A DNA stretch of 64,000 nucleotides from Nemertoderma westbladi (lineage: Eukaryota > Animalia > Xenacoelomorpha). Every line of letters starts with the position of its first letter. Positions within the stretch are counted from its first letter, which is position 1. The translations under genes were made by a program, and so were the position numbers. Below, piece by piece: positions 62,501 through 64,000 of this stretch. The stretch is taken from the NCBI GenBank assembly GCA_032718475.1, contig JAUCBJ010002021.1, forward strand, positions 1-64,000, in the 5' to 3' direction. The notes beneath the pieces are model-generated. The model searched no databases and had not been told where the DNA came from. It saw only the letters and a program-made list of their open reading frames with translations.

Positions 62501-64000
62501 TGCTATTGGATACGCCTTAACTAAGAATATCATATCTCCTTAGGTGCTGGTGCTATCGGATACGCCTTACCAATAATATCCTATCTCCTTAGGTGCTGGA
62601 GCTATCGGATACGCCCTAACTAAGAATATCATATCTCCTTAGGTGCTGGAGCTATCGGATAAGCCCTAACTAAGAATATCATATCTCCTTAGGTGCTGGT
62701 GCTATCGGATACGCCCTAACTAAGAATATCATATCTCCTTAGGTGATGGTGCTATCGGATACGCCTTAACTAAGAATATCATATCCCCTTAGGTGCTGGT
62801 GCTATCGGATACGCCCTAACTAAGAATATCATATCTCCTTTGGTGCTGGAGCTATCGGATACGCCCTAACTAAGAATACCATCTCCTTAGGTGCTGGTGC
62901 TATCGGATACGGCCTAACTAAGAATATCATATCTCCTTTGGTGCTGGAGCTATCGGATACGCCCTAACTAAGAATATCATATCTCCTTAGGTGCTGGAGC
63001 TATCGGATAAGCCCTAACTAAGAATACCATCTCCTTAGGTGCTGGTGCTATCGGATACGGCCTAACTAAGAATATCATATATCCTTAGGTGCTGGTGCTA
63101 TCGGATACGCCCTAACTAAGAATATCATATCTCCTTAGGTGCTGGAGCTATCGGATAAGCCCTAACTAAGAATACCATCTCCTTAGGTGCTGGTGCTATC
63201 GGATACGGCCTAACTAAGAATATCATATATCCTTAGGTGCTGGTGCTATCGGATACGCCCTAACTAAGAATATCATATCTCCTTAGGTGCTGGTGCTATC
63301 GGATACGCCATACGCCCTAACTAAGAATACCATCTCCTTAGGTGCTGGTGCTATCGGATACGGCCTAACTAAGAATATCATCTATCCTTAGGTGCTGGTG
63401 CTATCGGATACGCCCTAACTAAGAATATCATATCCCCTTAGGTGCTGGTGCTATCGGATACGCCCTAACTAAGAATATCATATCTCCTTAGGTGCTGGTG
63501 CTATCGGATACGCCTTACCAATAATATCCTATCTCCTTAGGTGCTGGAGCTATCGGATACGCCCTAACTAAGAATATCATATCTCCTTAGGTGCTGGTGC
63601 TATCGGATACGCCTTACCAATAATATCCTATCTCCTTAGGTGCTGGAGCTATCGGATACGCCCTAACTAAGAATATCATATCTCCTTAGGTGCTGGAGCT
63701 ATCGGATACGCCCTAACTAAGAATATCATATCTCCTTAGGTGCTGGTGCTATCGGATACGCCTTACCAATAATATCCTATCTCCTTAGGTGCTGGAGCTA
63801 TCGGATACGCCCTAACTAAGAATATCATATCTCCTTAGGTGCTGGTGCTATCGGATACGCCCTAACTAAGAATATCATATCTCCTTAGGTGCTGGTGCTA
63901 TCGGATACGCCTTACCAATAATATCCTATCTCCTTAGGTGCTGGAGCTATCGGATACGCCCTAACTAAGAATATCATATCTCCTTAGGTGCTGGTGCTAT
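59543..64000 (+). repeat. 50-bp tandem satellite (~89 units, runs off window) made of the intron 6 acceptor + exon 7 start
   Basis: Unit ATCATATCTCCTTAG|GTGCTGGTGCTATCGGATACGCCCTAACTAAGAAT. The part after AG continues exon 6 in phase as GAGAIGYALTKN, the expected next LRR segment. Confidence 0.95.

Noticed and set aside
59543-64000. CRISPR array
   Set aside because: Units are contiguous with no unique spacers, there are no cas genes, the context is a eukaryotic intron, and the unit derives from a splice junction.

Overview
Eukaryotic, most likely invertebrate animal, genomic DNA dominated by transposable elements. Bases 1-41273 are a retrotransposon pile-up. Three related copies of one BEL/Pao LTR-retrotransposon family are present. 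Copy A (1-6007) is internally deleted. Copy B (15302-41273, minus strand, GTAGG TSD) is deleted at its 3' end. Copy C (19067-38634, plus strand, about 19.6 kb, GTTCA TSD) is structurally complete and nested in inverted orientation inside the gag of copy B. RTE-like and CR1/L2-like LINE remnants lie between copies A and B. In the position where env would be, the family carries a large extra ORF of about 1,420 codons with a WRN/Mut-7/EXD-type DEDDy 3'-5' exonuclease, three CCHC-type zinc knuckles and a basic C-terminus. This ORF follows a 1.7-kb structured non-coding spacer, and no canonical tRNA primer-binding site is visible. Bases 41.3-50 kb hold an intronless fibrinogen-domain gene with an internal TGA, TIR elements, a Gypsy fragment and a 5S-derived sequence. 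From 50996 a host gene, TCTE1/DRC5, runs to the window end. The 50-bp satellite filling 59.5-64 kb is a roughly 89-fold amplification of this gene's own exon-7 splice acceptor plus the first 35 nt of the exon. All family assignments come from motif recognition by eye, not database searches.
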